This document shows positions 12,386 through 27,300 of a DNA stretch of 64,000 bases, piece by piece. The notes beneath the pieces are model-generated. The model made no database searches, was not told where the DNA came from, and saw nothing but the letters and a program-made list of their open reading frames with translations. Each line of letters starts with the position of its first letter. Position 1 is the stretch's first letter. Both the position numbers and the translations under genes were made by a program. This DNA comes from Auanema rhodensis (lineage: Eukaryota > Animalia > Nematoda): NCBI GenBank assembly GCA_964057225.1, contig OZ059898.1, positions 10,416,001-10,480,000 on the forward strand. The letters are read 5' to 3'.

Positions 12386-13439
12386 TTCGAAAATGTTAGA
12401 TTGTTTCCGAAAAATTATGAAAAGTCAAGTTCTACTGATTTGAAGAGAATTGTAAGTTTTAGAAAATAATTAAAAATTAGTTCTCTCTACTATTAACTGA
12501 TTGTCGGCTAAAATATGGTAACAGTTTTTATAAAAACACAATAAGGTAACAGTTTTTATTGAAAGTTTCCATGATTAAGATTAAACAAAAAAAAAAGGAT
12601 CAAAAAGAAACACTTCTTGTTTACTTACTTGATTATAATACTTGAAATTCCAGAAACAGTAGAATAAAATAGAGAAAGCGACAAAAACAGTTGAACGATT
12701 TGAAGACAATTGTAAGTTTTAGAAAATAATTAAAAATTAGTTCTCTCTACTATTAACTGATTGTCGGCTAAAATATGGTAACAGTTTTTATAAAAAGGTT
12801 CTATGATTAGGATTAAACAAAAAAAAGAATCAAAAAGAAACACTTCTTGTTTACTTACTTGATTATAATACTTGAAATTCAAAAAAAAGTAAAAAACAAT
12901 TGAGAAAGCGACATAAACAGTTGAACGATTTGAAGAGAATTGTAAGTTTTAGAAAAGAATTAAAGTTCAGCTATCTCTACTTTTAACTGATTAACGGCTG
13001 AAATAAGGTAACAGTTTTTATTGAAAATTTCCGTGATTAAGGTTAAACAAAGAAAAAAAAATCAAAGAGAAACACTTCTTGTTTACTTATTTGATTATAA
13101 CACTTGAAATTCCAACAAAAGTAAAGTAAAACTGTTAAAGCGAGTAAAACTGTTGAACGATTTGAAGACAATTGTAAGTTGAAGAAAAAAATTAAAGTTT
13201 AGCTCTCTCTACTATTAACTGAATGTCGGCTGAAATATAGTAACAGTTTTTATTAAAAGTTTCCATGATTAAGATTAAACAAAGAAAAAAAATCAAAAAG
13301 AAACACTTCTTGTTTACTTACTTGATTATAATACTTGAAATTGAAAAAAAAGTAAAAAACAATTGAGAAAGCGGGTAAAACTGTTGAACTAAAACAGTCT
13401 TTATAAAATATAAATGATATTTTTTTATAAAAGTGAAGT

Positions 13440-13510
13440 TGCATCGGCCCGGAATCGAACCCGGGTCGCCCGCGTGGCAGGCGAGCATTCTACCACTGAA
13501 CCACCGATGC
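13440..13510 (-). tRNA. tRNA-Gly (GCC), T-stem mismatch variant (possibly impaired)
   Basis: Plus strand ggcccggaat instead of ggccgggaat, giving a G:G mismatch in the middle of the T stem. Confidence 0.85.
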
Positions 13511-14965
13511 TTCGAAAATGTTAGATTGTTTCCGAAAAATTATGAAAAGTCAAGTTCTACTGATTTGAAGAGAATTGTAAGTTTTAGAAAATAATTAAAA
13601 ATTAGTTCTCTCTACTATTAACTGATTGTCGGCTAAAATATGGTAACAGTTTTTATAAAAACACAATAAGGTAACAGTTTTTATTGAAAGTTTCCATGAT
13701 TAAGATTAAACAAAAAAAAAAGGATCAAAAAGAAACACTTCTTGTTTACTTACTTGATTATAATACTTGAAATTCCAAAAACAGTAGAATAAAATAGAGA
13801 AAGCGACAAAAACAGTTGAACGATTTGAAGACAATTGTAAGTTTTAAAAAATAATTAAAAATTAGTTCTCTCTACTATTAACTGATTGTCGGCTAAAATA
13901 TGGTAACAGTTTTTATAAAAAGGTTCTATGATTAGGATTAAACAAAAAAAAGAATCAAAAAGAAACACTTCTTCTTTACTTACTTGATTATAATACTTAA
14001 AATTCAAAAAAAAGTAAAAAACAATTGAGAAAGCGACATAAACAGTTGAACGATTTAAAGAGAATTGTAAGTTTTAGAAAAGAATTAAAGTTCAGCTATC
14101 TCTACTTTTAACTGATTAACGGCTAAAATAAGGTAACAGTTTTTATTGAAAATTTCCGTGATTAAGATTAAACAAAGAGAGAAAAATCAAAGAGAAACAC
14201 TTCTTGTTTACTTATTTGATTATAACACTTGAAATTCCAACAAAAGTAAAGTAAAACTGTTGAAGCGAGTAAAACTGTTGAATGATTTGAAGACAATTGT
14301 AAGTTGAAGAAAACAATTGAAGTTTAGCTCTCTCTACTATTAACTGAATGTCGGCTAAAATATAGTAACAGTTTTTATTAAAAGTTTCCATGATTAAGAT
14401 TAAACAAAGAAGAAAAAATCAAAGAGAGACACTTCTTGTTTACTTATTTGATTATAATACTTGAAATTCCAAAAACAGTAAAATAAAATTGAGAAAGCGA
14501 CAAAAACAGTTGAACGATTTGAAGAGAATTGTAAGTTTAAGAAAAGATTTAAAGTTTAGCTTTGTCTACTATTAACTGATTATCGGCTGAAATATGGTGA
14601 CAGTTTTTTATTAAAAGTTTCCATGATTAAGATTAAATAAAGAAAAAAAAATCAAAGAGAAACACTTCTTGTTTACTAATTTGATTATAACACTTGAAAT
14701 TCCAACAAAAGTAAAGTAAAACTGTTAAAGCGAGTAAAACTGTTGATCAATTTGAAGACAATTGTAAGTTGAAAAAAAAAATTAAAGTTTAGCTCTCTCT
14801 ACTATTAACTGAATGTCGGCTAAAATATGATAACAGTTTTTATTAAAAGTTTCCATGATTAAGATTAAACAAAGAAAAAAAATCAAAGAGAAACACTTCT
14901 TGTTTACTAATTTGATTATAACACTTGAAATTCCAACAAAAGTAAAATAAAACTGTGAAAGCGGG

Positions 14966-15331
14966 CGTTCCATTATGCTCCTACGTATATTGAACAGACC
15001 ATTGTAGTCTGCTCAACTACGCGTATAGTATTCCATAAGTGTAGCGGTATGGAAACAGAGCATAAGGATTACATAAGATAAGGAAATATATAGGTTTATT
15101 ATACACAATACAATATCATTACAATACAATAACAGAAGGATAAAGTAAACTACACTTACAAGACAAAGACTAATATATAAGATTAACTAAGTTAGATGCA
15201 AACCGTCCATGGGCTTGCAAAGGGGCGAACTCCCGAATAGGGGCATGAGGGAAGGCGGTGCCATTCCACATTCCTCTAGTCGGTCTGGCTCTAACCCTGC
15301 AGTTACATATATAGAGTCTCCGAATGGAACG
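14966..15331 (-). repeat. First array copy of the gypsy LTR
   Basis: CGTTCCATT...AATGGAACG, preceded by the same aaagcggg junction as at 46411. Confidence 0.95.
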
Positions 15332-18300
15332 TGCCCTTTTTCAAAGATTGTCGCGACCTCGCGATATTTTAAACAAAAATTTGGGCTTATATGTAACTGA
15401 GTTTTAGAGTTCAATTGTTTTAGCTTCACAATAACTAATTGTAAGTTTTAGAAAATAATTAAAAATTAGTTCTCTCTACTATTAACTGATTGTCGGCTAA
15501 AATATGGTAACAGTTTTTATAAAAAGGTTCTATGATTAGGATTAAACAAAAAAAAGAATCAAAAAGAAACACTTCTTGTTTACTTACGTGATTATAATAC
15601 TTGAAATTCAAAAAAAAGTAAAAAACAATTGAGAAAGCGACATAAACAATTGAACGATTTGAAGAGAATTGTAAGTTTTAGAAAAGAATTAAAGTTCAGC
15701 TATCTCTACTATTAACTGATTATCGGCTAAAATAAGGTAACAGTTTTTATTGAAAATTTCCATGATTAAGATTAAACAAAGAAAAAAAATCAAAGAGAAA
15801 CACTTCTTGTTTACTTATTTGATTATAATACTTGAATTCAAAAAAAAGTAAAAAACAATTGAGAAAGCGACATAAACAGTTGAACGATTTGAAGAGAATT
15901 GTAAGTTTTAGAAAATAATTAAAAATTAGTTCTCTCTACTATTAACTGATTGTCGGCTAAAATATGGTAACAGTTTTTATAAAAACACAATAAGGTAACA
16001 GTTTTTATTGAAAGTTTCCATGATTAAGATTAAACAAAAAAAAAAGGATCAAAAAGAAACACTTCTTGTTTACTTACTTGATTATAATATAAGTTTCCAT
16101 GATTAAGATTAAACAAAGAAAAAAAATCAAAGAGAAACACTTCTTGTTTACTAATTTGATTATAACACTTGAAATTCCAACAAAAGTAAAATAAAACTGT
16201 GAAAGCGGGCGTTCCATTATGCTCCTACGTATATTGAACAGACCATTGTAGTCTGCTCAACTACGCGTATAGTATTCCATAAGTGTAGCGGTATGGAAAC
16301 AGAGCATAAGGATTACATAAGATAAGGAAATATATAGGTTTATTATACACAATACAATATCATTACAATACAATAACAGAAGGATAAAGTAAACTACACT
16401 TACAAGACAAAGACTAATATATAAGATTAACTAAGTTAGATGCAAACCGTCCATGGGCTTGCAAAGGGGCGAACTCCCGAATAGGGGCATGAGGGAAGGC
16501 GGTGCCATTCCACATTCCTCTAGTCGGTCTGGCTCTAACCCTGCAGTTACATATATAGAGTCTCCGAATGGAACGTGCCCTTTTTCAAAGATTGTCGCGA
16601 CCTCGCGATATTTTAAACAAAAATTTGGGCTTATATGTAACTGAGTTTTAGAGTTCAATTGTTTTAGCTTCACAATAACTAATTGTAAGTTTTAGAAAAT
16701 AATTAAAAATTAGTTCTCTCTACTATTAACTGATTGTCGGCTAAAATATGGTAACAGTTTTTATAAAAAGGTTCTATGATTAGGATTAAACAAAAAAAAG
16801 AATCAAAAAGAAACACTTCTTGTTTACTTACGTGATTATAATACTTGAAATTCAAAAAAAAGTAAAAAACAATTGAGAAAGCGACATAAACAATTGAACG
16901 ATTTGAAGAGAATTGTAAGTTTTAGAAAAGAATTAAAGTTCAGCTATCTCTACTATTAACTGATTATCGGCTAAAATAAGGTAACAGTTTTTATTGAAAA
17001 TTTCCATGATTAAGATTAAACAAAGAAAAAAAATCAAAGAGAAACACTTCTTGTTTACTTATTTGATTATAATACTTGAATTCAAAAAAAAGTAAAAAAC
17101 AATTGAGAAAGCGACATAAACAGTTGAACGATTTGAAGAGAATTGTAAGTTTTAGAAAATAATTAAAAATTAGTTCTCTCTACTATTAACTGATTGTCGG
17201 CTAAAATATGGTAACAGTTTTTATAAAAACACAATAAGGTAACAGTTTTTATTGAAAGTTTCCATGATTAAGATTAAACAAAAAAAAAAGGATCAAAAAG
17301 AAACACTTCTTGTTTACTTACTTGATTATAATATAAGTTTCCATGATTAAGATTAAACAAAGAAAAAAAATCAAAGAGAAACACTTCTTGTTTACTAATT
17401 TGATTATAACACTTGAAATTCCAACAAAAGTAAAATAAAACTGTGAAAGCGGGCGTTCCATTATGCTCCTACGTATATTGAACAGACCATTGTAGTCTGC
17501 TCAACTACGCGTATAGTATTCCATAAGTGTAGCGGTATGGAAACAGAGCATAAGGATTACATAAGATAAGGAAATATATAGGTTTATTATACACAATACA
17601 ATATCATTACAATACAATAACAGAAGGATAAAGTAAACTACACTTACAAGACAAAGACTAATATATAAGATTAACTAAGTTAGATGCAAACCGTCCATGG
17701 GCTTGCAAAGGGGCGAACTCCCGAATAGGGGCATGAGGGAAGGCGGTGCCATTCCACATTCCTCTAGTCGGTCTGGCTCTAACCCTGCAGTTACATATAT
17801 AGAGTCTCCGAATGGAACGTGCCCTTTTTCAAAGATTGTCGCGACCTCGCGATATTTTAAACAAAAATTTGGGCTTATATGTAACTGAGTTTTAGAGTTC
17901 AATTGTTTTAGCTTCACAATAACTAATTGTAAGTTTTAGAAAATAATTAAAAATTAGTTCTCTCTACTATTAACTGATTGTCGGCTAAAATATGGTAACA
18001 GTTTTTATAAAAAGGTTCTATGATTAGGATTAAACAAAAAAAAGAATCAAAAAGAAACACTTCTTGTTTACTTACGTGATTATAATACTTGAAATTCAAA
18101 AAAAAGTAAAAAACAATTGAGAAAGCGACATAAACAATTGAACGATTTGAAGAGAATTGTAAGTTTTAGAAAAGAATTAAAAATTAGTTCTCTCTACTAT
18201 TAACTGATTGTCGGCTAAAATATGGTAACAGTTTTTATAAAAACACAATAAGGTAACAGTTTTTATTGAAAGTTTCCATGATTAAGATTAAACAAAAAAA

Positions 18301-21300
18301 AAAGGATCAAAAAGAAACACTTCTTGTTTACTTACTTGATTATAATATAAGTTTCCATGATTAAGATTAAACAAAGAAAAAAAATCAAAGAGAAACACTT
18401 CTTGTTTACTAATTTGATTATAACACTTGAAATTCCAACAAAAGTAAAATAAAACTGTGAAAGCGGGCGTTCCATTATGCTCCTACGTATATTGAACAGA
18501 CCATTGTAGTCTGCTCAACTACGCGTATAGTATTCCATAAGTGTAGCGGTATGGAAACAGAGCATAAGGATTACATAAGATAAGGAAATATATAGGTTTA
18601 TTATACACAATACAATATCATTACAATACAATAACAGAAGGATAAAGTAAACTACACTTACAAGACAAAGACTAATATATAAGATTAACTAAGTTAGATG
18701 CAAACCGTCCATGGGCTTGCAAAGGGGCGAACTCCCGAATAGGGGCATGAGGGAAGGCGGTGCCATTCCACATTCCTCTAGTCGGTCTGGCTCTAACCCT
18801 GCAGTTACATATATAGAGTCTCCGAATGGAACGTGCCCTTTTTCAAAGATTGTCGCGACCTCGCGATATTTTAAACAAAAATTTGGGCTTATATGTAACT
18901 GAGTTTTAGAGTTCAATTGTTTTAGCTTCACAATAACTAATTGTAAGTTTTAGAAAATAATTAAAAATTAGTTCTCTCTACTATTAACTGATTGTCGGCT
19001 AAAATATGGTAACAGTTTTTATAAAAAGGTTCTATGATTAGGATTAAACAAAAAAAAGAATCAAAAAGAAACACTTCTTGTTTACTTACGTGATTATAAT
19101 ACTTGAAATTCAAAAAAAAGTAAAAAACAATTGAGAAAGCGACATAAACAATTGAACGATTTGAAGAGAATTGTAAGTTTTAGAAAAGAATTAAAGTTCA
19201 GCTATCTCTACTATTAACTGATTATCGGCTAAAATAAGGTAACAGTTTTTATTGAAAATTTCCATGATTAAGATTAAACAAAGAAAAAAAATCAAAGAGA
19301 AACACTTCTTGTTTACTTATTTGATTATAATACTTGAATTCAAAAAAAAGTAAAAAACAATTGAGAAAGCGACATAAACAGTTGAACGATTTGAAGAGAA
19401 TTGTAAGTTTTAGAAAATAATTAAAAATTAGTTCTCTCTACTATTAACTGATTGTCGGCTAAAATATGGTAACAGTTTTTATAAAAACACAATAAGGTAA
19501 CAGTTTTTATTGAAAGTTTCCATGATTAAGATTAAACAAAAAAAAAAGGATCAAAAAGAAACACTTCTTGTTTACTTACTTGATTATAATATAAGTTTCC
19601 ATGATTAAGATTAAACAAAGAAAAAAAATCAAAGAGAAACACTTCTTGTTTACTAATTTGATTATAACACTTGAAATTCCAACAAAAGTAAAATAAAACT
19701 GTGAAAGCGGGCGTTCCATTATGCTCCTACGTATATTGAACAGACCATTGTAGTCTGCTCAACTACGCGTATAGTATTCCATAAGTGTAGCGGTATGGAA
19801 ACAGAGCATAAGGATTACATAAGATAAGGAAATATATAGGTTTATTATACACAATACAATATCATTACAATACAATAACAGAAGGATAAAGTAAACTACA
19901 CTTACAAGACAAAGACTAATATATAAGATTAACTAAGTTAGATGCAAACCGTCCATGGGCTTGCAAAGGGGCGAACTCCCGAATAGGGGCATGAGGGAAG
20001 GCGGTGCCATTCCACATTCCTCTAGTCGGTCTGGCTCTAACCCTGCAGTTACATATATAGAGTCTCCGAATGGAACGTGCCCTTTTTCAAAGATTGTCGC
20101 GACCTCGCGATATTTTAAACAAAAATTTGGGCTTATATGTAACTGAGTTTTAGAGTTCAATTGTTTTAGCTTCACAATAACTAATTGTAAGTTTTAGAAA
20201 ATAATTAAAAATTAGTTCTCTCTACTATTAACTGATTGTCGGCTAAAATATGGTAACAGTTTTTATAAAAAGGTTCTATGATTAGGATTAAACAAAAAAA
20301 AGAATCAAAAAGAAACACTTCTTGTTTACTTACGTGATTATAATACTTGAAATTCAAAAAAAAGTAAAAAACAATTGAGAAAGCGACATAAACAATTGAA
20401 CGATTTGAAGAGAATTGTAAGTTTTAGAAAAGAATTAAAGTTCAGCTATCTCTACTATTAACTGATTATCGGCTAAAATAAGGTAACAGTTTTTATTGAA
20501 AATTTCCATGATTAAGATTAAACAAAGAAAAAAAATCAAAGAGAAACACTTCTTGTTTACTTATTTGATTATAATACTTGAATTCAAAAAAAAGTAAAAA
20601 ACAATTGAGAAAGCGACATAAACAGTTGAACGATTTGAAGAGAATTGTAAGTTTTAGAAAATAATTAAAAATTAGTTCTCTCTACTATTAACTGATTGTC
20701 GGCTAAAATATGGTAACAGTTTTTATAAAAACACAATAAGGTAACAGTTTTTATTGAAAGTTTCCATGATTAAGATTAAACAAAAAAAAAAGGATCAAAA
20801 AGAAACACTTCTTGTTTACTTACTTGATTATAATATAAGTTTCCATGATTAAGATTAAACAAAGAAAAAAAATCAAAGAGAAACACTTCTTGTTTACTAA
20901 TTTGATTATAACACTTGAAATTCCAACAAAAGTAAAATAAAACTGTGAAAGCGGGCGTTCCATTATGCTCCTACGTATATTGAACAGACCATTGTAGTCT
21001 GCTCAACTACGCGTATAGTATTCCATAAGTGTAGCGGTATGGAAACAGAGCATAAGGATTACATAAGATAAGGAAATATATAGGTTTATTATACACAATA
21101 CAATATCATTACAATACAATAACAGAAGGATAAAGTAAACTACACTTACAAGACAAAGACTAATATATAAGATTAACTAAGTTAGATGCAAACCGTCCAT
21201 GGGCTTGCAAAGGGGCGAACTCCCGAATAGGGGCATGAGGGAAGGCGGTGCCATTCCACATTCCTCTAGTCGGTCTGGCTCTAACCCTGCAGTTACATAT

Positions 21301-24300
21301 ATAGAGTCTCCGAATGGAACGTGCCCTTTTTCAAAGATTGTCGCGACCTCGCGATATTTTAAACAAAAATTTGGGCTTATATGTAACTGAGTTTTAGAGT
21401 TCAATTGTTTTAGCTTCACAATAACTAATTGTAAGTTTTAGAAAATAATTAAAAATTAGTTCTCTCTACTATTAACTGATTGTCGGCTAAAATATGGTAA
21501 CAGTTTTTATAAAAAGGTTCTATGATTAGGATTAAACAAAAAAAAGAATCAAAAAGAAACACTTCTTGTTTACTTACGTGATTATAATACTTGAAATTCA
21601 AAAAAAAGTAAAAAACAATTGAGAAAGCGACATAAACAATTGAACGATTTGAAGAGAATTGTAAGTTTTAGAAAAGAATTAAAGTTCAGCTATCTCTACT
21701 ATTAACTGATTATCGGCTAAAATAAGGTAACAGTTTTTATTGAAAATTTCCATGATTAAGATTAAACAAAGAAAAAAAATCAAAGAGAAACACTTCTTGT
21801 TTACTTATTTGATTATAATACTTGAATTCAAAAAAAAGTAAAAAACAATTGAGAAAGCGACATAAACAGTTGAACGATTTGAAGAGAATTGTAAGTTTTA
21901 GAAAATAATTAAAAATTAGTTCTCTCTACTATTAACTGATTGTCGGCTAAAATATGGTAACAGTTTTTATAAAAACACAATAAGGTAACAGTTTTTATTG
22001 AAAGTTTCCATGATTAAGATTAAACAAAAAAAAAAGGATCAAAAAGAAACACTTCTTGTTTACTTACTTGATTATAATATAAGTTTCCATGATTAAGATT
22101 AAACAAAGAAAAAAAATCAAAGAGAAACACTTCTTGTTTACTAATTTGATTATAACACTTGAAATTCCAACAAAAGTAAAATAAAACTGTGAAAGCGGGC
22201 GTTCCATTATGCTCCTACGTATATTGAACAGACCATTGTAGTCTGCTCAACTACGCGTATAGTATTCCATAAGTGTAGCGGTATGGAAACAGAGCATAAG
22301 GATTACATAAGATAAGGAAATATATAGGTTTATTATACACAATACAATATCATTACAATACAATAACAGAAGGATAAAGTAAACTACACTTACAAGACAA
22401 AGACTAATATATAAGATTAACTAAGTTAGATGCAAACCGTCCATGGGCTTGCAAAGGGGCGAACTCCCGAATAGGGGCATGAGGGAAGGCGGTGCCATTC
22501 CACATTCCTCTAGTCGGTCTGGCTCTAACCCTGCAGTTACATATATAGAGTCTCCGAATGGAACGTGCCCTTTTTCAAAGATTGTCGCGACCTCGCGATA
22601 TTTTAAACAAAAATTTGGGCTTATATGTAACTGAGTTTTAGAGTTCAATTGTTTTAGCTTCACAATAACTAATTGTAAGTTTTAGAAAATAATTAAAAAT
22701 TAGTTCTCTCTACTATTAACTGATTGTCGGCTAAAATATGGTAACAGTTTTTATAAAAAGGTTCTATGATTAGGATTAAACAAAAAAAAGAATCAAAAAG
22801 AAACACTTCTTGTTTACTTACGTGATTATAATACTTGAAATTCAAAAAAAAGTAAAAAACAATTGAGAAAGCGACATAAACAATTGAACGATTTGAAGAG
22901 AATTGTAAGTTTTAGAAAAGAATTAAAGTTCAGCTATCTCTACTATTAACTGATTATCGGCTAAAATAAGGTAACAGTTTTTATTGAAAATTTCCATGAT
23001 TAAGATTAAACAAAGAAAAAAAATCAAAGAGAAACACTTCTTGTTTACTTATTTGATTATAATACTTGAATTCAAAAAAAAGTAAAAAACAATTGAGAAA
23101 GCGACATAAACAGTTGAACGATTTGAAGAGAATTGTAAGTTTTAGAAAATAATTAAAAATTAGTTCTCTCTACTATTAACTGATTGTCGGCTAAAATATG
23201 GTAACAGTTTTTATAAAAACACAATAAGGTAACAGTTTTTATTGAAAGTTTCCATGATTAAGATTAAACAAAAAAAAAAGGATCAAAAAGAAACACTTCT
23301 TGTTTACTTACTTGATTATAATATAAGTTTCCATGATTAAGATTAAACAAAGAAAAAAAATCAAAGAGAAACACTTCTTGTTTACTAATTTGATTATAAC
23401 ACTTGAAATTCCAACAAAAGTAAAATAAAACTGTGAAAGCGGGCGTTCCATTATGCTCCTACGTATATTGAACAGACCATTGTAGTCTGCTCAACTACGC
23501 GTATAGTATTCCATAAGTGTAGCGGTATGGAAACAGAGCATAAGGATTACATAAGATAAGGAAATATATAGGTTTATTATACACAATACAATATCATTAC
23601 AATACAATAACAGAAGGATAAAGTAAACTACACTTACAAGACAAAGACTAATATATAAGATTAACTAAGTTAGATGCAAACCGTCCATGGGCTTGCAAAG
23701 GGGCGAACTCCCGAATAGGGGCATGAGGGAAGGCGGTGCCATTCCACATTCCTCTAGTCGGTCTGGCTCTAACCCTGCAGTTACATATATAGAGTCTCCG
23801 AATGGAACGTGCCCTTTTTCAAAGATTGTCGCGACCTCGCGATATTTTAAACAAAAATTTGGGCTTATATGTAACTGAGTTTTAGAGTTCAATTGTTTTA
23901 GCTTCACAATAACTAATTGTAAGTTTTAGAAAATAATTAAAAATTAGTTCTCTCTACTATTAACTGATTGTCGGCTAAAATATGGTAACAGTTTTTATAA
24001 AAAGGTTCTATGATTAGGATTAAACAAAAAAAAGAATCAAAAAGAAACACTTCTTGTTTACTTACGTGATTATAATACTTGAAATTCAAAAAAAAGTAAA
24101 AAACAATTGAGAAAGCGACATAAACAATTGAACGATTTGAAGAGAATTGTAAGTTTTAGAAAAGAATTAAAGTTCAGCTATCTCTACTATTAACTGATTA
24201 TCGGCTAAAATAAGGTAACAGTTTTTATTGAAAATTTCCATGATTAAGATTAAACAAAGAAAAAAAATCAAAGAGAAACACTTCTTGTTTACTTATTTGA

Positions 24301-27300
24301 TTATAATACTTGAATTCAAAAAAAAGTAAAAAACAATTGAGAAAGCGACATAAACAGTTGAACGATTTGAAGAGAATTGTAAGTTTTAGAAAATAATTAA
24401 AAATTAGTTCTCTCTACTATTAACTGATTGTCGGCTAAAATATGGTAACAGTTTTTATAAAAACACAATAAGGTAACAGTTTTTATTGAAAGTTTCCATG
24501 ATTAAGATTAAACAAAAAAAAAAGGATCAAAAAGAAACACTTCTTGTTTACTTACTTGATTATAATATAAGTTTCCATGATTAAGATTAAACAAAGAAAA
24601 AAAATCAAAGAGAAACACTTCTTGTTTACTAATTTGATTATAACACTTGAAATTCCAACAAAAGTAAAATAAAACTGTGAAAGCGGGCGTTCCATTATGC
24701 TCCTACGTATATTGAACAGACCATTGTAGTCTGCTCAACTACGCGTATAGTATTCCATAAGTGTAGCGGTATGGAAACAGAGCATAAGGATTACATAAGA
24801 TAAGGAAATATATAGGTTTATTATACACAATACAATATCATTACAATACAATAACAGAAGGATAAAGTAAACTACACTTACAAGACAAAGACTAATATAT
24901 AAGATTAACTAAGTTAGATGCAAACCGTCCATGGGCTTGCAAAGGGGCGAACTCCCGAATAGGGGCATGAGGGAAGGCGGTGCCATTCCACATTCCTCTA
25001 GTCGGTCTGGCTCTAACCCTGCAGTTACATATATAGAGTCTCCGAATGGAACGTGCCCTTTTTCAAAGATTGTCGCGACCTCGCGATATTTTAAACAAAA
25101 ATTTGGGCTTATATGTAACTGAGTTTTAGAGTTCAATTGTTTTAGCTTCACAATAACTAATTGTAAGTTTTAGAAAATAATTAAAAATTAGTTCTCTCTA
25201 CTATTAACTGATTGTCGGCTAAAATATGGTAACAGTTTTTATAAAAAGGTTCTATGATTAGGATTAAACAAAAAAAAGAATCAAAAAGAAACACTTCTTG
25301 TTTACTTACGTGATTATAATACTTGAAATTCAAAAAAAAGTAAAAAACAATTGAGAAAGCGACATAAACAATTGAACGATTTGAAGAGAATTGTAAGTTT
25401 TAGAAAAGAATTAAAGTTCAGCTATCTCTACTATCAACTGATTATCGGCTAAAATAAGGTAACAGTTTTTATTGAAAATTTCCATGATTAAGATTAAACA
25501 AAGAAAAAAAATCAAAGAGAAACACTTCTTGTTTACTTATTTGATTATAATACTTGAATTCAAAAAAAAGTAAAAAACAATTGAGAAAGCGACATAAACA
25601 GTTGAACGATTTGAAGAGAATTGTAAGTTTTAGAAAATAATTAAAAATTAGTTCTCTCTACTATTAACTGATTGTCGGCTAAAATATGGTAACAGTTTTT
25701 ATAAAAACACAATAAGGTAACAGTTTTTATTGAAAGTTTCCATGATTAAGATTAAACAAAAAAAAAAGGATCAAAAAGAAACACTTCTTGTTTACTTACT
25801 TGATTATAATATAAGTTTCCATGATTAAGATTAAACAAAGAAAAAAAATCAAAGAGAAACACTTCTTGTTTACTAATTTGATTATAACACTTGAAATTCC
25901 AACAAAAGTAAAATAAAACTGTGAAAGCGGGCGTTCCATTATGCTCCTACGTATATTGAACAGACCATTGTAGTCTGCTCAACTACGCGTATAGTATTCC
26001 ATAAGTGTAGCGGTATGGAAACAGAGCATAAGGATTACATAAGATAAGGAAATATATAGGTTTATTATACACAATACAATATCATTACAATACAATAACA
26101 GAAGGATAAAGTAAACTACACTTACAAGACAAAGACTAATATATAAGATTAACTAAGTTAGATGCAAACCGTCCATGGGCTTGCAAAGGGGCGAACTCCC
26201 GAATAGGGGCATGAGGGAAGGCGGTGCCATTCCACATTCCTCTAGTCGGTCTGGCTCTAACCCTGCAGTTACATATATAGAGTCTCCGAATGGAACGTGC
26301 CCTTTTTCAAAGATTGTCGCGACCTCGCGATATTTTAAACAAAAATTTGGGCTTATATGTAACTGAGTTTTAGAGTTCAATTGTTTTAGCTTCACAATAA
26401 CTAATTGTAAGTTTTAGAAAATAATTAAAAATTAGTTCTCTCTACTATTAACTGATTGTCGGCTAAAATATGGTAACAGTTTTTATAAAAAGGTTCTATG
26501 ATTAGGATTAAACAAAAAAAAGAATCAAAAAGAAACACTTCTTGTTTACTTACGTGATTATAATACTTGAAATTCAAAAAAAAGTAAAAAACAATTGAGA
26601 AAGCGACATAAACAATTGAACGATTTGAAGAGAATTGTAAGTTTTAGAAAAGAATTAAAGTTCAGCTATCTCTACTATTAACTGATTATCGGCTAAAATA
26701 AGGTAACAGTTTTTATTGAAAATTTCCATGATTAAGATTAAACAAAGAAAAAAAATCAAAGAGAAACACTTCTTGTTTACTTATTTGATTATAATACTTG
26801 AATTCAAAAAAAAGTAAAAAACAATTGAGAAAGCGACATAAACAGTTGAACGATTTGAAGAGAATTGTAAGTTTTAGAAAATAATTAAAAATTAGTTCTC
26901 TCTACTATTAACTGATTGTCGGCTAAAATATGGTAACAGTTTTTATAAAAACACAATAAGGTAACAGTTTTTATTGAAAGTTTCCATGATTAAGATTAAA
27001 CAAAAAAAAAAGGATCAAAAAGAAACACTTCTTGTTTACTTACTTGATTATAATATAAGTTTCCATGATTAAGATTAAACAAAGAAAAAAAATCAAAGAG
27101 AAACACTTCTTGTTTACTAATTTGATTATAACACTTGAAATTCCAACAAAAGTAAAATAAAACTGTGAAAGCGGGCGTTCCATTATGCTCCTACGTATAT
27201 TGAACAGACCATTGTAGTCTGCTCAACTACGCGTATAGTATTCCATAAGTGTAGCGGTATGGAAACAGAGCATAAGGATTACATAAGATAAGGAAATATA

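Larger units (their letters stand above)
1884..14965. repeat. ~230-bp AT-rich satellite array with interspersed tRNA-Gly cassettes (left block)
   Basis: Anchors aattgtaagtt / ctactattaactga / acacttcttgtttact recur about every 229-233 bp (e.g. 2111, 2343). Several diverged monomer types are present. Confidence 0.97.

Noticed and set aside
15187-15429. 80-aa and 63-aa ORFs repeated 25 times
   Set aside because: They overlap antisense, straddle the LTR/PPT boundary (the 80-aa one starts at GTG) and repeat only because the LTR does.
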